Positions 1 to 9,925 of a DNA stretch of 61,491 bases are shown in pieces. The notes under the pieces were generated by a model. It had not been told where the DNA came from. It did no database searches and saw only the letters and a list, made by a program, of their open reading frames with translations. The DNA comes from a virus (taxonomy: Duplodnaviria > Caudoviricetes), in IMG/VR virus record IMGVR_UViG_3300042934_000313, positions 1-61,491 of that record. One strand, 5' to 3'. Positions within the stretch are counted from its first letter, which is position 1. Each line of letters begins with the position of its first letter. A program made the translations under genes and the position numbers.

Positions 1-127
1 CCGGCCGGGATGTAGAGGTTGGTCTGCTCAGCGCTCACGACGTGCCTTCCGCTTCTTCTCTTCGCGGATCAGTCGACGGAGCGTCTCGCTGAGTTCCGGA
101 CCACCGGCAATCTCGCGCAGGTCGTCC
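1..127. repeat. Terminal overlap identical to 61365-61491 (circular assembly overlap)
   Basis: The first 127 nt match the last 127 nt exactly; the overlap cuts through two genes. Confidence 0.95.
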
Positions 128-198
128 ATGTCGGCATCCGACAGGCGGAACTTGACAGTGTGACGCATGGTCACTGCGCCGATAGGAGGTCTGGCCAT
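28..198 (-). CDS. Ribbon-helix-helix/CopG-like DNA-binding protein
   Basis: VKFRLSDADMDDLREIAGGPELSETLRRLIREE beta-alpha-alpha pattern; probable leaderless ATG at 198 after TGTGGGACAAT. Confidence 0.65.
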   Translation of the reverse strand: MARPPIGAVTMRHTVKFRLSDADMDDLREIAGGPELSETLRRLIREEKKRKARRER

Positions 199-284
199 GG
201 CTTTATTGTCCCACACAACTATTACGTACCTCAGAAAGTCAGACTTTTTGGCCTATCCTGGCGTGTGACAGAGGAGCCTGAACC

Positions 285-875
285 ATGCCGGATGCCGCAG
301 AGACCCCTGGAGACGACCTGGATCGAATCCCGGATGACCTCGGCATCCGGCGCATCCAGAAGCGCATCGGCTCGAACAAGGACATCCGCGACGCGGAGAC
401 CATGAGCGAGGTCATGGCACGCGGAATCGCCTCCCTCTGGACCCGCGGAGCCAACTATCCCGAGATTGCCGACGAGTTCGGGGTCTCGATCGCCACTGCA
501 CGCATGGCTGTGGAGCGCGTACTGGCCGATTCGTGGGACGACAACGAGGACAAGACCAAGCAGAGGGCCAGAGTGTCCCTGCAACTCGACGCGATGCTCC
601 GTTCCGTCGTCGACAAGGCCCTCGACCCGAACGACGACAACCAGTTGGCCTACCATCGGGCGCTTCTCCAGGTCATCGACCGCAAGGCGCGCCTGCTCGG
701 CCTCGACGCACCGATCAACGTGCAGTTGGGCCTGCCCTCCAAGGACGAGTTGGACCAGTGGGTGAACGCGGTAGCCGCCTACAACGGCACCGCGACCCCC
801 GTCGAGGGCGACCCGTTCGAGGAAATCACCATGGAACAGGACCCGGAGACCGGCGAATGGCAGTCCCCCGAGTGA
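285..875 (+). CDS. Terminase small subunit-like HTH protein
   Basis: HTH (GANYPEIADEFGVSIATAR), RKARLLGLDAP motif, GAGGAG RBS, upstream of TerL. Confidence 0.65.
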   Translation: MPDAAETPGDDLDRIPDDLGIRRIQKRIGSNKDIRDAETMSEVMARGIASLWTRGANYPEIADEFGVSIATARMAVERVLADSWDDNEDKTKQRARVSLQLDAMLRSVVDKALDPNDDNQLAYHRALLQVIDRKARLLGLDAPINVQLGLPSKDELDQWVNAVAAYNGTATPVEGDPFEEITMEQDPETGEWQSPE

Positions 876-1171
876 TTCGAGAGCAGATCGAGGCGCAGAT
901 GGTGGAGCGCCGCCTCTCCGCGCGCTTCCACACCTTCCCCAGCGCCCTGGCAGAGATTTCGGACGCCGCGTACAACCGCAGGATGACCGTCCGGGACTAT
1001 GTGGGCCGCGCAGCCCTCGCTTTCGCCGTCTACGACAGCGATGGAGAGGTCATCTGGGACGACATCACCGAGAAGGAGCCCAACATGACCGATCTGGTGC
1101 GTCCGGGCTTCGATCGGGAGCGGCTTCGAGGGGAAGGGCACGGGAAATGGCAGATCGTCCGACTGCGGTAG
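857..1171 (+). CDS. Hypothetical protein
   Basis: ORF fills the gap between TerS and TerL with small overlaps. Confidence 0.6.
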   Translation: MAVPRVIREQIEAQMVERRLSARFHTFPSALAEISDAAYNRRMTVRDYVGRAALAFAVYDSDGEVIWDDITEKEPNMTDLVRPGFDRERLRGEGHGKWQIVRLR

Positions 1172-2604
1172 GTGATGATGACGAGAATGAGCGCCTCACA
1201 CCGGCCGACATCACCAACATGGCCCAGGGATGGAGTCCCGAGGCTCGCGCAGAGGCCGCGCGACTGGTCGAGGACCTGGTGGAAGGTCGCCGCCGTGCTT
1301 GGTACTGCGCTTCTCCTGGTCGGAACTGTGATGGGAAGCCCCACGAGGGCTATCCGTACCCGCATGCGCGGTCTGACCAGTGGCCCCCGCCAGGCGTCGA
1401 CTGGTTCACATGGTTCCTGAGCGGCGGTCGCGGTTCCGGCAAGACCCGAACTGGTGCCGAGTACGCGCGGAAGATGAGCGAGCGCGTCGGGCGCATGGCA
1501 CTCATCGCACCGACCGGCGCGGACGTTCGCGACACGATGATCGAGGGTGAGTCCGGACTCGTCGCCGTCTGCGCGTTCGCCGGGGAGCCCGTGAAGTGGG
1601 AGCCGTCGAAGCGCCGCATCACTTTCCAGAACGGGTGCATCGCCACCACGTTCTCGGGCGAGGAGCCTGACCGCCTCCGTGGTCCCCAGCACGGCTTCGC
1701 CTGGCTGGACGAGCCCGCGCACATGCCGCTGATCGAAGAGGTCTGGTCGAACCTGATGTTCGGCCTCCGTCTCGGCAAGCGTCCCCACGTCGTGCTCACG
1801 TCGACACCGCTTCCGACGAAGTGGGTGCGCGACATCCAGTCCCGCGACAAGACCCGCGTCGTCCGAGTCTCCACCTACGCCAACCTGGACAACCTCGCGC
1901 CGAACTTCCGCGAGGAGGTCGTCAACGCGTTCGAGGGAACCCGCAAGGGTCGCCAGGAGTTGTACGGCGAACTGCTCCTCGATGTCGAGGGTGCGCTCTG
2001 GGCCGAGGAGTATCTCCAGCGGATGGGTCACGGCATGGTCCCGGACCTCGATCGCATCGTCATCGCGATCGACCCGGCCGGTTCTCAGACCAAGCGTGCT
2101 GACGAGACCGGCATCGTCATGGTCGGCCGCGAAGGCAAGGTGGCCCACGTCCTCGCCGACCGCTCGGGCAAGTACAGCCCGCAGGGGTGGGCGCGCATGG
2201 CGCTCTCGCTCTACAAGGACAACGAGGCCGACGCGATCGTGGCCGAGAAGAACTTCGGCGGCGACATGGTGAAGAAGGTCATCGAGACTGAGGCCGAGGC
2301 CATGGGGCTGAATCCTCGCATCATCGTGAAGCAGGCCATGCGGTCGAAGGCGCTTCGCGCGGAGCCGGTCGTCGGCCTCTACGAACAGAAGCGCGTCTTC
2401 CATCACAATGACCTGTCGGCACTGGAAGATGAGATGCTGACGTGGATTCCTGGCGAGGGCGCATCGCCCAACCGGGTCGACGCGTTGGTGTGGGCAATCG
2501 ACGAACTGATCAGCGGATCGACTATCGGTCGCATCCGGAGTGCTCGTGGCGGTACGATTCGCCCGAGGGACGAAGGGCCGTTCTGGCCGAGGAGGAGCGC
2601 ATGA
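1147..2604 (+). CDS. terL: Terminase large subunit
   Basis: Walker A GGRGSGKT, Walker B WLDEPA, RNase H-like nuclease IAIDPAG...DETGI, C-terminal NRVDALVWA. Confidence 0.95.
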   Translation: MADRPTAVGDDDENERLTPADITNMAQGWSPEARAEAARLVEDLVEGRRRAWYCASPGRNCDGKPHEGYPYPHARSDQWPPPGVDWFTWFLSGGRGSGKTRTGAEYARKMSERVGRMALIAPTGADVRDTMIEGESGLVAVCAFAGEPVKWEPSKRRITFQNGCIATTFSGEEPDRLRGPQHGFAWLDEPAHMPLIEEVWSNLMFGLRLGKRPHVVLTSTPLPTKWVRDIQSRDKTRVVRVSTYANLDNLAPNFREEVVNAFEGTRKGRQELYGELLLDVEGALWAEEYLQRMGHGMVPDLDRIVIAIDPAGSQTKRADETGIVMVGREGKVAHVLADRSGKYSPQGWARMALSLYKDNEADAIVAEKNFGGDMVKKVIETEAEAMGLNPRIIVKQAMRSKALRAEPVVGLYEQKRVFHHNDLSALEDEMLTWIPGEGASPNRVDALVWAIDELISGSTIGRIRSARGGTIRPRDEGPFWPRRSA

Positions 2605-2945
2605 TCGGCATGCTGGCGTGGCAGGAGTTCCCGGTGTTCGTCGCCGCGTTCTTCATCGCCGCCTTCGGAGTTGGCCGACTGACGCGCGCGATCGTGCACG
2701 ACGACTTCCCTCCGAGCGTCTGGTGGCGCATCACCTGGGCGCGGATTACGAACGATGGTCCGTGGAACAAGTTGTTCACCTGTTGGTGGTGCCTCTCGTT
2801 CTGGATCGCTCTGCTCTGTATCGGCTGGTTCATCGGGGGCTGGTACATCGAGTGGCTCGCATGGGCCTGGTGGATTTTCTGGGGCGGGCTGGCACTCGGC
2901 TACATCGCCACCATGATCATCGTTCGCGACGAACCGAACGAGTAA
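2601..2945 (+). CDS. Membrane protein (DUF1360-like)
   Basis: RLTRAIVHD...FTCWWCLSFW with hydrophobic helices; ATGA overlap with terL. Confidence 0.65.
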   Translation: MIGMLAWQEFPVFVAAFFIAAFGVGRLTRAIVHDDFPPSVWWRITWARITNDGPWNKLFTCWWCLSFWIALLCIGWFIGGWYIEWLAWAWWIFWGGLALGYIATMIIVRDEPNE

Positions 2946-2954
2946 GGGGAAGCG

Positions 2955-4718
2955 ATGCCGCGCGTAGCGCAGTACGAGTCGCAGGTGATTGCGACGCCGA
3001 AGGGGCGGGCCGTAGTTGCCGCCGCGCGCCGGATGGGCCGCACCGATACCAAGATTCGTGGAGAGTCCGGGTGGCAGAACCGCGCCTGGCTCTGGTACGA
3101 CACCATCGGTGAGTTCCGGTTCTCGTGCGCCTGGGTCGGGAACGTCCTCTCGCGCGCGCGGCTTCGCGTGTTCCAGGGGGACAAGGAGGTCAAGAGCGGC
3201 CCGGCCCTCGATGCCCTCCATGCACTCTTCGGTGGACTCGATGGGCAGAAGGAGATGTTCCGTCAGTTGGGCATCCAGTTCACTGTCGCGGGCGAGGCGT
3301 ACATCGTCGGAGAAGACGGCGGGGCCGAGCCGACCGACAAGTGGTGGGTCGTCGCGGCATCCGAACTCTCGAAGTCTGGCGATGTCGTGAAGATCGGCAA
3401 GAAGGAGATTGACGACCCGCTCGTCGTCCGTCTGTGGCGTCCGCACCCCCGCGTGAACAAGGACCCCGACTCTCCGGCGCGCGCGGTGCTCCCGGTCCTG
3501 GCTGAAATCGACGGCCTCACCAAGCACGTCGCCGCGCAGATCGACTCGCGCCTGGCCGGTGCGGGCATCCTGCTCCTGCCCGACAACATCTCGTTCGCGA
3601 CCACGGCGACGACGAATAGCGAGGACGACACATCCGGGCTCGCCGCGATCGACCCGTTCCTCGACGAACTCATGCAGACGATGATGACCGCGATCAAGAA
3701 TCGCGAGGACCCGTCTGCCCTCGTGCCGATTCTCCTCCAGGCCAACGGCGAGTATCTGGACAAGGTGCGTCACCTGACCTTCTCCACCCCGCTCGACCAG
3801 CAGGCGATCGAACTCCGCAAGGAAGCGATCCGCCGCCTGGCCCTCGGCATGGACATGCCTCCGGAGGTCCTGACGGGCACTGGGGACGTGAATCACTGGG
3901 GGGCTTGGCAGATTGAGGATGCCTCGATCAAGGCGCACACAGAGCCGCTCCTCCAGATCATCGTGCAGTCGCTCACCGAGGGCTACCTCTGGCCGTACCT
4001 TGAAGACGACATGGACGAGGAGGCGGCACGCGAGTTCCACTTCGTCGCCGACACGTCGCAGATGCGCCTGCGCCCGGACCGCTCGAAGGAGGCTGTCGAA
4101 CTCTTCGACCGCGCCGTGCTGAGTGAGGACGCCCTGCTCGTCGAGAACGGCTTCGCTCCCGGCGACAAGATGACCGACAAGGACCGGACTGAGTTCTTCA
4201 AGCGCAAGGTCGCCTCGGGCATGACCACGCCGGAACTCGTTGCCGCCGCACTCTCACTCCTGGGCGTGAACCTGCCGGTCGAGCAGATCACCGTCTCCGA
4301 GCGTGAGCACCCGGCCGTCGACATCCCCTCGCTCGAAGGACACCCGGACCGGAACCCGCCCGACCCGACCGCGCGCCGTCACCGTCGCACCGAGGAAGCG
4401 GGCATGGCCGAGGTCGTCGTCATCCGCGCACTGGAGCGGGCAGGCAACCGGATCAAGTCGAAGTACAAGGACCGGATCAGCATGGGCGCGGAGAACGTGG
4501 CACCGCACACGCTCCACCGCTTCACCATGACCATGACGCCGACTCAGATCGACGACGTGCTCCTGGACGCCTGGACCATCCTCGGCAACCTGCCGAAGAT
4601 GGAGACGATCACCGCCATGATGCTCGACCGCTACGTGCGCATGCTGTTCGCCAACAACCTGCCGCACGAAAGTCGGACTTTCCGGGCCTTCCTGGAAGCC
4701 GAGCCCGATGGAGACTGA
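2955..4718 (+). CDS. Portal protein
   Basis: 587 aa following terL; IRRLALGMDMPPEVLTG and NHWGAWQI portal-like motifs. Confidence 0.85.
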   Translation: MPRVAQYESQVIATPKGRAVVAAARRMGRTDTKIRGESGWQNRAWLWYDTIGEFRFSCAWVGNVLSRARLRVFQGDKEVKSGPALDALHALFGGLDGQKEMFRQLGIQFTVAGEAYIVGEDGGAEPTDKWWVVAASELSKSGDVVKIGKKEIDDPLVVRLWRPHPRVNKDPDSPARAVLPVLAEIDGLTKHVAAQIDSRLAGAGILLLPDNISFATTATTNSEDDTSGLAAIDPFLDELMQTMMTAIKNREDPSALVPILLQANGEYLDKVRHLTFSTPLDQQAIELRKEAIRRLALGMDMPPEVLTGTGDVNHWGAWQIEDASIKAHTEPLLQIIVQSLTEGYLWPYLEDDMDEEAAREFHFVADTSQMRLRPDRSKEAVELFDRAVLSEDALLVENGFAPGDKMTDKDRTEFFKRKVASGMTTPELVAAALSLLGVNLPVEQITVSEREHPAVDIPSLEGHPDRNPPDPTARRHRRTEEAGMAEVVVIRALERAGNRIKSKYKDRISMGAENVAPHTLHRFTMTMTPTQIDDVLLDAWTILGNLPKMETITAMMLDRYVRMLFANNLPHESRTFRAFLEAEPDGD

Positions 4719-7026
4719 GGAGTTCGCGGCTCGTCGTCGCGCGCAGTTCGTAGAGGTCGACAAGGAACTCGGCCCCTTCGCTCAGCGCGCAATGACCATG
4801 TACGCGAATGGACGTGCGACCTGGAGTGATGAACTCCTGGATGCCGCCGAGGTCATCTGGCGCGAGGTCTTCGAGACTGAGGCCCCGAACGCTGACCCGG
4901 AGCGGTACGTCAATCGGTTCCGCGAGAGCGTGGGCAAGGCGCTGTCCAACACCACGCGGCCGGAAGGTCCGCCGACCCAGGGGCAGATCGACCGGGTGAC
5001 CATGTGGCTCGGCACCTACACGGTGAACGACGCCACCTGGAGCGGAGTCGGCGCGCGTGGCGGTCGCTTCAAGAAGTGGGTGACCATGCACGACAGCGCC
5101 GTGCGCGAGAGCCACCGGCCTGTCGATGGACAGATCGTCCCGATCGGGGCAACATTCAACGTAGGCGCATTCGACCTTCGCTTCCCTGGCGATCCGGTCG
5201 GACCGCCCGAGTTGTGGATCAACTGCCGTTGCGTCATCCAGCCCGCGGCACGAGTAGGGGAGGCCAGCATGAGCCCGACGACCTTCGCGATCGAGGATGA
5301 CGAGAACGTCATCGAAGAGGGGCCGGTCACCGGTCCGGACGACCTCGACGACGAGATGCCGCCTGACGAGCCGGAGGAGGACGAGGAACTCATCACCGAG
5401 ATTCCCGTCCACGGCACGCTCGCGCCGGAGGGGGTGGCAACCGGCGACGGCCGCATGTTCGCGGACGGTGGCCTGTCCAACCGTGACCTTCCGCTCCCGA
5501 TCGCGTACCAGTTGCAGTCGGGCGAGGGTCACTCCAACTCCGTGACCGTGGGCCGCATCGACGAAATCTTCCGCGAGGGCAACCTCATGCAGTTCCGCGG
5601 TGCGCTCATGCTGAACCGCGACGCATCGGCTGAGGTCATCGACGGCATCATCGACGGTACTGTCCGCGGCATCTCCGTCGACGTGGATGACGTGGAAGTC
5701 GACATGGAGGCGGTCGCCTACGAGTCGGAGGTCGACACCGGCAAGGCCCCGATGACCGTGTTCAAGACCGCGCGCATCGCGGGCGTGACCATCGTCCCGA
5801 TCCCGGCGTTCCAGGAGGCGTTCATCGCTCTCGGCCACGAGTGGCCCGAGGAGTCCGAGGACGAACTCTCGCCGGAGGAGGCTCTCGCCGCCTGTGGTTG
5901 CAAGGGTCCTGAGGACGACGAGAACCCCGACATCGAACTCGGCTACGACGCCGTTGCGGCATCCGCCTTCGCCCCCGGCACCAAGGACGGACCGGGGTGG
6001 ATCACTCACCCGGTGCCGACCGCGCGCATCCGGCGCTACTGGGTGCACGGCAAGGGTGCGGCGAAGATTCGCTGGGGCCTCGGCGCTCCTGGCGGTGACT
6101 TCAACCGGTGCCGTCGCCAGTTGGCGAAGTACGTCCAGAACCCGAAGTGGCTCGCTGGGCTGTGCGCCAACATGCACAAGGAGGCCACCGGCTTCTGGCC
6201 GGGCTCGAAGGTGAACCGTGCCGCCCTCATGGCATCCGGCGAACCGGCTCCGATCTTCAACCTCGTGGCGTCGGCGTCGTACGTGTTCGACTCGAACGCC
6301 TTCAAGCGGCAGGAAATGGCTGAGCCGCGCGTGGGCGTTGAGGTCGAGGGCGATCACGTCTACGGCTACATCGCACAGTGGGGCGTCTGCCACATCGGCA
6401 TCCAGGGCGTGTGCACCACCGCTCCGCACTCGCTCTCGGACTACTGGTACTTCGCCACCGGCAAGGTCGACACCGAGGAGGGCACTGTCCGCGTCGGCCA
6501 GATCACGATGGACACCGGGCACGCGTCCATGCGCGCGAACGCGAAGGTCGCCGCCGCGCACTACGACAACACCGGTGCCGCCGCCGCAGACGTGGCTGTC
6601 GGCGAGGATGAGTTCGGCATCTGGTTCTCCGGCGTCCTCCGCTCGAAGGTCACCGACGAACAGCGCCACGCTCTCCGCGCGGCCGGTCGGGTCAGTGGTG
6701 ACTGGCGTCAGATCGGTCATGACCTGGAACTCGTCGCCGCGCTCGCGGTGAACGTCCCCGGCTTCCCGATCCCACACGTCCGCGCGGGTGTCTACAACGG
6801 CGAGCAGGTGTCGCTGGTCGCGGCTGGCCTGTTCGACGACCCCGACGAGGCGATCAAGACGGTGATCGAGAAGGACCAGTTCTCGGCCACCGAGGTCGTC
6901 GGCATTATCCGGTCGACCGTCGCGGAGTACCGCCACCAGGAGAAGCGGGCTGTGCAGGCCGCGCCGATCCGGCAGGCGCTTCGCCAGAAGAAGATCGAGT
7001 CCCTTCGCTCGAAGATCAAGGAGTAG
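4708..7026 (+). CDS. MuF-like head morphogenesis domain fused to capsid maturation protease
   Basis: MuF C-terminal motif (KKWVT..D..VR.SH...DGQ...FPGDP...INCRC) followed by a prohead protease-like region (VGRID...GISVD...AGVTIVPIPAF). Confidence 0.8.
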   Translation: METEEFAARRRAQFVEVDKELGPFAQRAMTMYANGRATWSDELLDAAEVIWREVFETEAPNADPERYVNRFRESVGKALSNTTRPEGPPTQGQIDRVTMWLGTYTVNDATWSGVGARGGRFKKWVTMHDSAVRESHRPVDGQIVPIGATFNVGAFDLRFPGDPVGPPELWINCRCVIQPAARVGEASMSPTTFAIEDDENVIEEGPVTGPDDLDDEMPPDEPEEDEELITEIPVHGTLAPEGVATGDGRMFADGGLSNRDLPLPIAYQLQSGEGHSNSVTVGRIDEIFREGNLMQFRGALMLNRDASAEVIDGIIDGTVRGISVDVDDVEVDMEAVAYESEVDTGKAPMTVFKTARIAGVTIVPIPAFQEAFIALGHEWPEESEDELSPEEALAACGCKGPEDDENPDIELGYDAVAASAFAPGTKDGPGWITHPVPTARIRRYWVHGKGAAKIRWGLGAPGGDFNRCRRQLAKYVQNPKWLAGLCANMHKEATGFWPGSKVNRAALMASGEPAPIFNLVASASYVFDSNAFKRQEMAEPRVGVEVEGDHVYGYIAQWGVCHIGIQGVCTTAPHSLSDYWYFATGKVDTEEGTVRVGQITMDTGHASMRANAKVAAAHYDNTGAAAADVAVGEDEFGIWFSGVLRSKVTDEQRHALRAAGRVSGDWRQIGHDLELVAALAVNVPGFPIPHVRAGVYNGEQVSLVAAGLFDDPDEAIKTVIEKDQFSATEVVGIIRSTVAEYRHQEKRAVQAAPIRQALRQKKIESLRSKIKE

Positions 7027-7028
7027 TC

Positions 7029-7175
7029 ATGGCGTGCGCCTGTGGAACCAAGAAGCCCGTCTCGTCTACGACGTACGTTCACACGTCGCCGACCGGCGAG
7101 CAGAAGACCTACAAGACCGAGGTCGAAGCCGCCGCCGCTACGCAGAGGCTTGGCGGAACGTACCGCCCGCAGTAG
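7029..7175 (+). CDS. Small hypothetical protein (48 aa, MACACGTKK...)
   Basis: Hand-translated; below the ORF track cutoff; starts 2 nt after the upstream stop. Confidence 0.6.
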   Translation: MACACGTKKPVSSTTYVHTSPTGEQKTYKTEVEAAAATQRLGGTYRPQ

Positions 7176-7187
7176 CATCAGAGCACT

Positions 7188-7260
7188 ATCGGACGCTCCG
7201 GGAAAAGCGGGCTGGTCTCCAAAACCGGCTGACGGCGGGGTTCGACTCCTCGGTCCGGTG
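7188..7260 (+). tRNA. tRNA-Trp(CCA)-like, non-canonical D arm
   Basis: Acceptor ATCGGAC/GTCCGGT, anticodon arm CTGGT-CTCCAAA-ACCGG, T arm CGGGG-TTCGACT-CCTCG; no encoded 3' CCA. Confidence 0.65.
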
Positions 7261-7268
7261 CAGACAGG

Positions 7269-7300
7269 AACCCTCGACACGCCGTTGTCGGGGGTTTTCT
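7269..7300 (+). terminator. Intrinsic terminator
   Basis: Hairpin AACCCTCGACA...TGTCGGGGGTT followed by TTCTGTT. Confidence 0.6.
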
Positions 7301-7416
7301 GTTGGTGCATGTCCTGAACGTGTGCTAGAAATCTCTTGACTCACTCCTGTCGTAGATGGGGGCGTGAAGGCGTAGCCGCTTATCCGTCCACACCATCCGA
7401 CAAGGAAGTGAACATC

Positions 7417-9111
7417 ATGGCTTTCGAGAAGCCCGAGACCTTCGAGGGTCTGGACCTCGACGCCCTTCGCGCCCTCAGCGCGGAGGCTCTGGAAGAGGCA
7501 CGCTCCATCATGGCGGCTGACGACGCCGACCTCACCGACGAGCAGATCGCTCAGGCCGAGGCGCTCATGCGCGACTCCGCCGAGATTGACGCTGTGGTCG
7601 TCGAGCGCGAAGAGGCCGAGGTCGCACGCGCCGAGAAGATCGCCGCTCTTCGTGAGCAGGCGGCTCCCGCAGACTCCACCCCCGTCGAGGACCCCGAAGA
7701 GGAGCCCGAGGCCGAGGTCGAAGACCCCGCAGATGCCGAAGAGTCGCAGGACGCAGAGGCCGAGAAGAAGGAGGTCGTCGTGGCCGCTGCCCCGGCACCC
7801 AAGCGCACCGTTGCAGTCGCGCGGCGCTCCGCCCCTGAGGTCGTGGTTCCGGACGAGAAGCCGGACCTCCCCACGATCGTCGCCGCCGCCGATGTGCCGG
7901 GATTCGAGTCGGGCAAGACGCTCGCCGACTTCTCGGAACTGGCTGACGCGTTCGCCAAGCGCGCGCGTGGCTTCGGTGGCCGCAACGAGGATGGTCTCCC
8001 GACCGGCGTCTACCAGATGACCGAGGGTGCCCGCCACTACGGCGTCGCCAAGATTCAGAAGCCGGAGAACGAGTTCTCCACCGGCATGAACGAGCCCATC
8101 GAGAAGCAGATGGAGGTCGTCATGGCGGCGGCGCGCGAGTCGCGTCTGCCGAAGGGCGGACTCGTCGCGGCCGGTGGCTGGTGCGCCCCGTCCGAAATCT
8201 GGTACGACTCGTTCCTCCGCCTGGAGGACGCGAACGCCGGTCTGCTCTCGATCCCCGAGGTCACCGCCCGCCGTGGTGGTATCAACTTCACCAAGGGTCC
8301 GGACTTCCAGACGCTCTACGCGGACGTGGACTTCGGCTTCATCCAGACCGAGGCGCAGGCCGAGGCCGCGACCGTGAAGCCCTGCTACGCGGTCGAGTGC
8401 CCCCCGTTCACTGAGGTTCGCCTGGATGCCGTGGGCTTCTGCATCACGGCAGGCATCCTCACGAACGCCGCCTACCCGGAACTGATCCGCCGCGTGCTCG
8501 AACTGGCCCTCGCGGGTCAGCGTCGCCGCATCAACGCGTCGACCATCAGCCGGATCAGCACGGCCGCGGGTGCCGCGATCGACTACGTGGAGGTCGGTGC
8601 CGCGACGAGCGACCTGCTCGACGCGCTGACGATCCAGGCCAACCGCATCCGGTACCAGTACTGGATGAACCCGAACGCCACGATCGAGGTCATCCTCCCG
8701 GTCTGGGCGAAGGACATCGTGCGCGCGGACCTTTCGCGTCGCACCGGGGTTGACATGCTCGCCGTCAGCGACGCGCAGATCAACTCGTTCTTCGGGGCGC
8801 GCAACCTGGCCGTGCAGTTCGTGTACGACTACCAGAACCTCACGACCGCCAACACCGGCACCTGGACCGCGTTCCCGACTTCGGTCGAGGCGATCCTGTA
8901 CCCGGCTGGTGCCTTCGTCCGCCTCACCGCCGACGTGATCGACCTCGACGCGATCTACGACTCGGTGAACACCAAGACGAACACCTACACCGCGGCCTTC
9001 TTCGAGGAGGGCATGGCTGTCGCGAACGTCGGCGGTTCGGCCGTGAAGGTGACCGTGGGCCTCAACGTCCTCGGCAACACTGGCGCGGCGAACGTCGATA
9101 ACGTCGCCTGA
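7417..9111 (+). CDS. Major capsid protein (hexamer-type) with acidic scaffold-like N-terminus
   Basis: AAGGAAG RBS; N-terminal Glu/Ala coiled coil; AAGGWCAPSEIWYD motif; position after the protease; strong codon bias. Confidence 0.85.
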   Translation: MAFEKPETFEGLDLDALRALSAEALEEARSIMAADDADLTDEQIAQAEALMRDSAEIDAVVVEREEAEVARAEKIAALREQAAPADSTPVEDPEEEPEAEVEDPADAEESQDAEAEKKEVVVAAAPAPKRTVAVARRSAPEVVVPDEKPDLPTIVAAADVPGFESGKTLADFSELADAFAKRARGFGGRNEDGLPTGVYQMTEGARHYGVAKIQKPENEFSTGMNEPIEKQMEVVMAAARESRLPKGGLVAAGGWCAPSEIWYDSFLRLEDANAGLLSIPEVTARRGGINFTKGPDFQTLYADVDFGFIQTEAQAEAATVKPCYAVECPPFTEVRLDAVGFCITAGILTNAAYPELIRRVLELALAGQRRRINASTISRISTAAGAAIDYVEVGAATSDLLDALTIQANRIRYQYWMNPNATIEVILPVWAKDIVRADLSRRTGVDMLAVSDAQINSFFGARNLAVQFVYDYQNLTTANTGTWTAFPTSVEAILYPAGAFVRLTADVIDLDAIYDSVNTKTNTYTAAFFEEGMAVANVGGSAVKVTVGLNVLGNTGAANVDNVA

Positions 9112-9117
9112 GTCTGA

Positions 9118-9154
9118 CCCTGGGGGCAGGGTGGTGATCCTCCTGCCCCCAGGG
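9118..9154 (+). terminator. GC-rich hairpin after capsid gene
   Basis: CCCTGGGGGCAGG / CCTGCCCCCAGGG inverted repeat; no U tract. Confidence 0.55.
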
Positions 9155-9185
9155 AACAACTTCTAGACGAAGGGAGGCGGATCAC

Positions 9186-9917
9186 ATGGCAGTACAGGTT
9201 TCTGTTGCCGCTCCGGCTCGACAGACTCGCCTCGGCGGCATCCGTGCCGCGGCCACCTGGGTGACCAATGCACGCATCGGCGCGGCCGAAGGTGTGGTCT
9301 ACGTCAGTGATGGGTGCTCGTTCCCTCAGCCCGCGATCGGTCTCTGCTTCGGCGAGACCGTCGTTGCTGAGAAGAGCGGCGTCGGGATCGACCAGTACAG
9401 CGGTATCGGAGAGCCGTTCGCGCTCTACGGTGGCGTTGAGTGCTTCATCGGTCCTGACAGCGACTTCCCGGATCGCGCTCGGAACATTCTGATCCAGGGC
9501 GAGGACCGGGCGATCGAGGCGCGTCTCGCGACCTGGGCCGCGGCTGGCACGTCTGTGACCGGAGGCAACATCGCCGCGTCGATCGCGGCTGTGGAGCAGG
9601 AGGCCGACCAGGACTACCTGGGACGCCCGATCATCCTCATGTCGCGCGCCAACGCCGTACTCGCCGCCGCCGCACAGGCGATCGAGTACGGCATCGACGG
9701 TCTGCCGTACACGGTGAACGGCACCCCGGTCGTGGCATCTGGCGCGATCACGGCAAACGCAATCTACGCAGTCGGAGCGGTCACGGTTCTCCGCTCGGAC
9801 GTGGAGACGATCGACACGATCAACCACACGGTCAACACCGAGTGGGCAGTGGCCGAGGCGGTCTACTCGGTCATCGTGGACTGCAACTTCCGCATCTACG
9901 CAACGGTCACCCCGTAG
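9186..9917 (+). CDS. Second capsid protein (putative pentamer protein)
   Basis: 243 aa directly after the MCP; matches the hexamer/pentamer gene pair arrangement known in some actinophages (synteny only). Confidence 0.55.
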   Translation: MAVQVSVAAPARQTRLGGIRAAATWVTNARIGAAEGVVYVSDGCSFPQPAIGLCFGETVVAEKSGVGIDQYSGIGEPFALYGGVECFIGPDSDFPDRARNILIQGEDRAIEARLATWAAAGTSVTGGNIAASIAAVEQEADQDYLGRPIILMSRANAVLAAAAQAIEYGIDGLPYTVNGTPVVASGAITANAIYAVGAVTVLRSDVETIDTINHTVNTEWAVAEAVYSVIVDCNFRIYATVTP

Positions 9918-9925
9918 GAGGAGAA

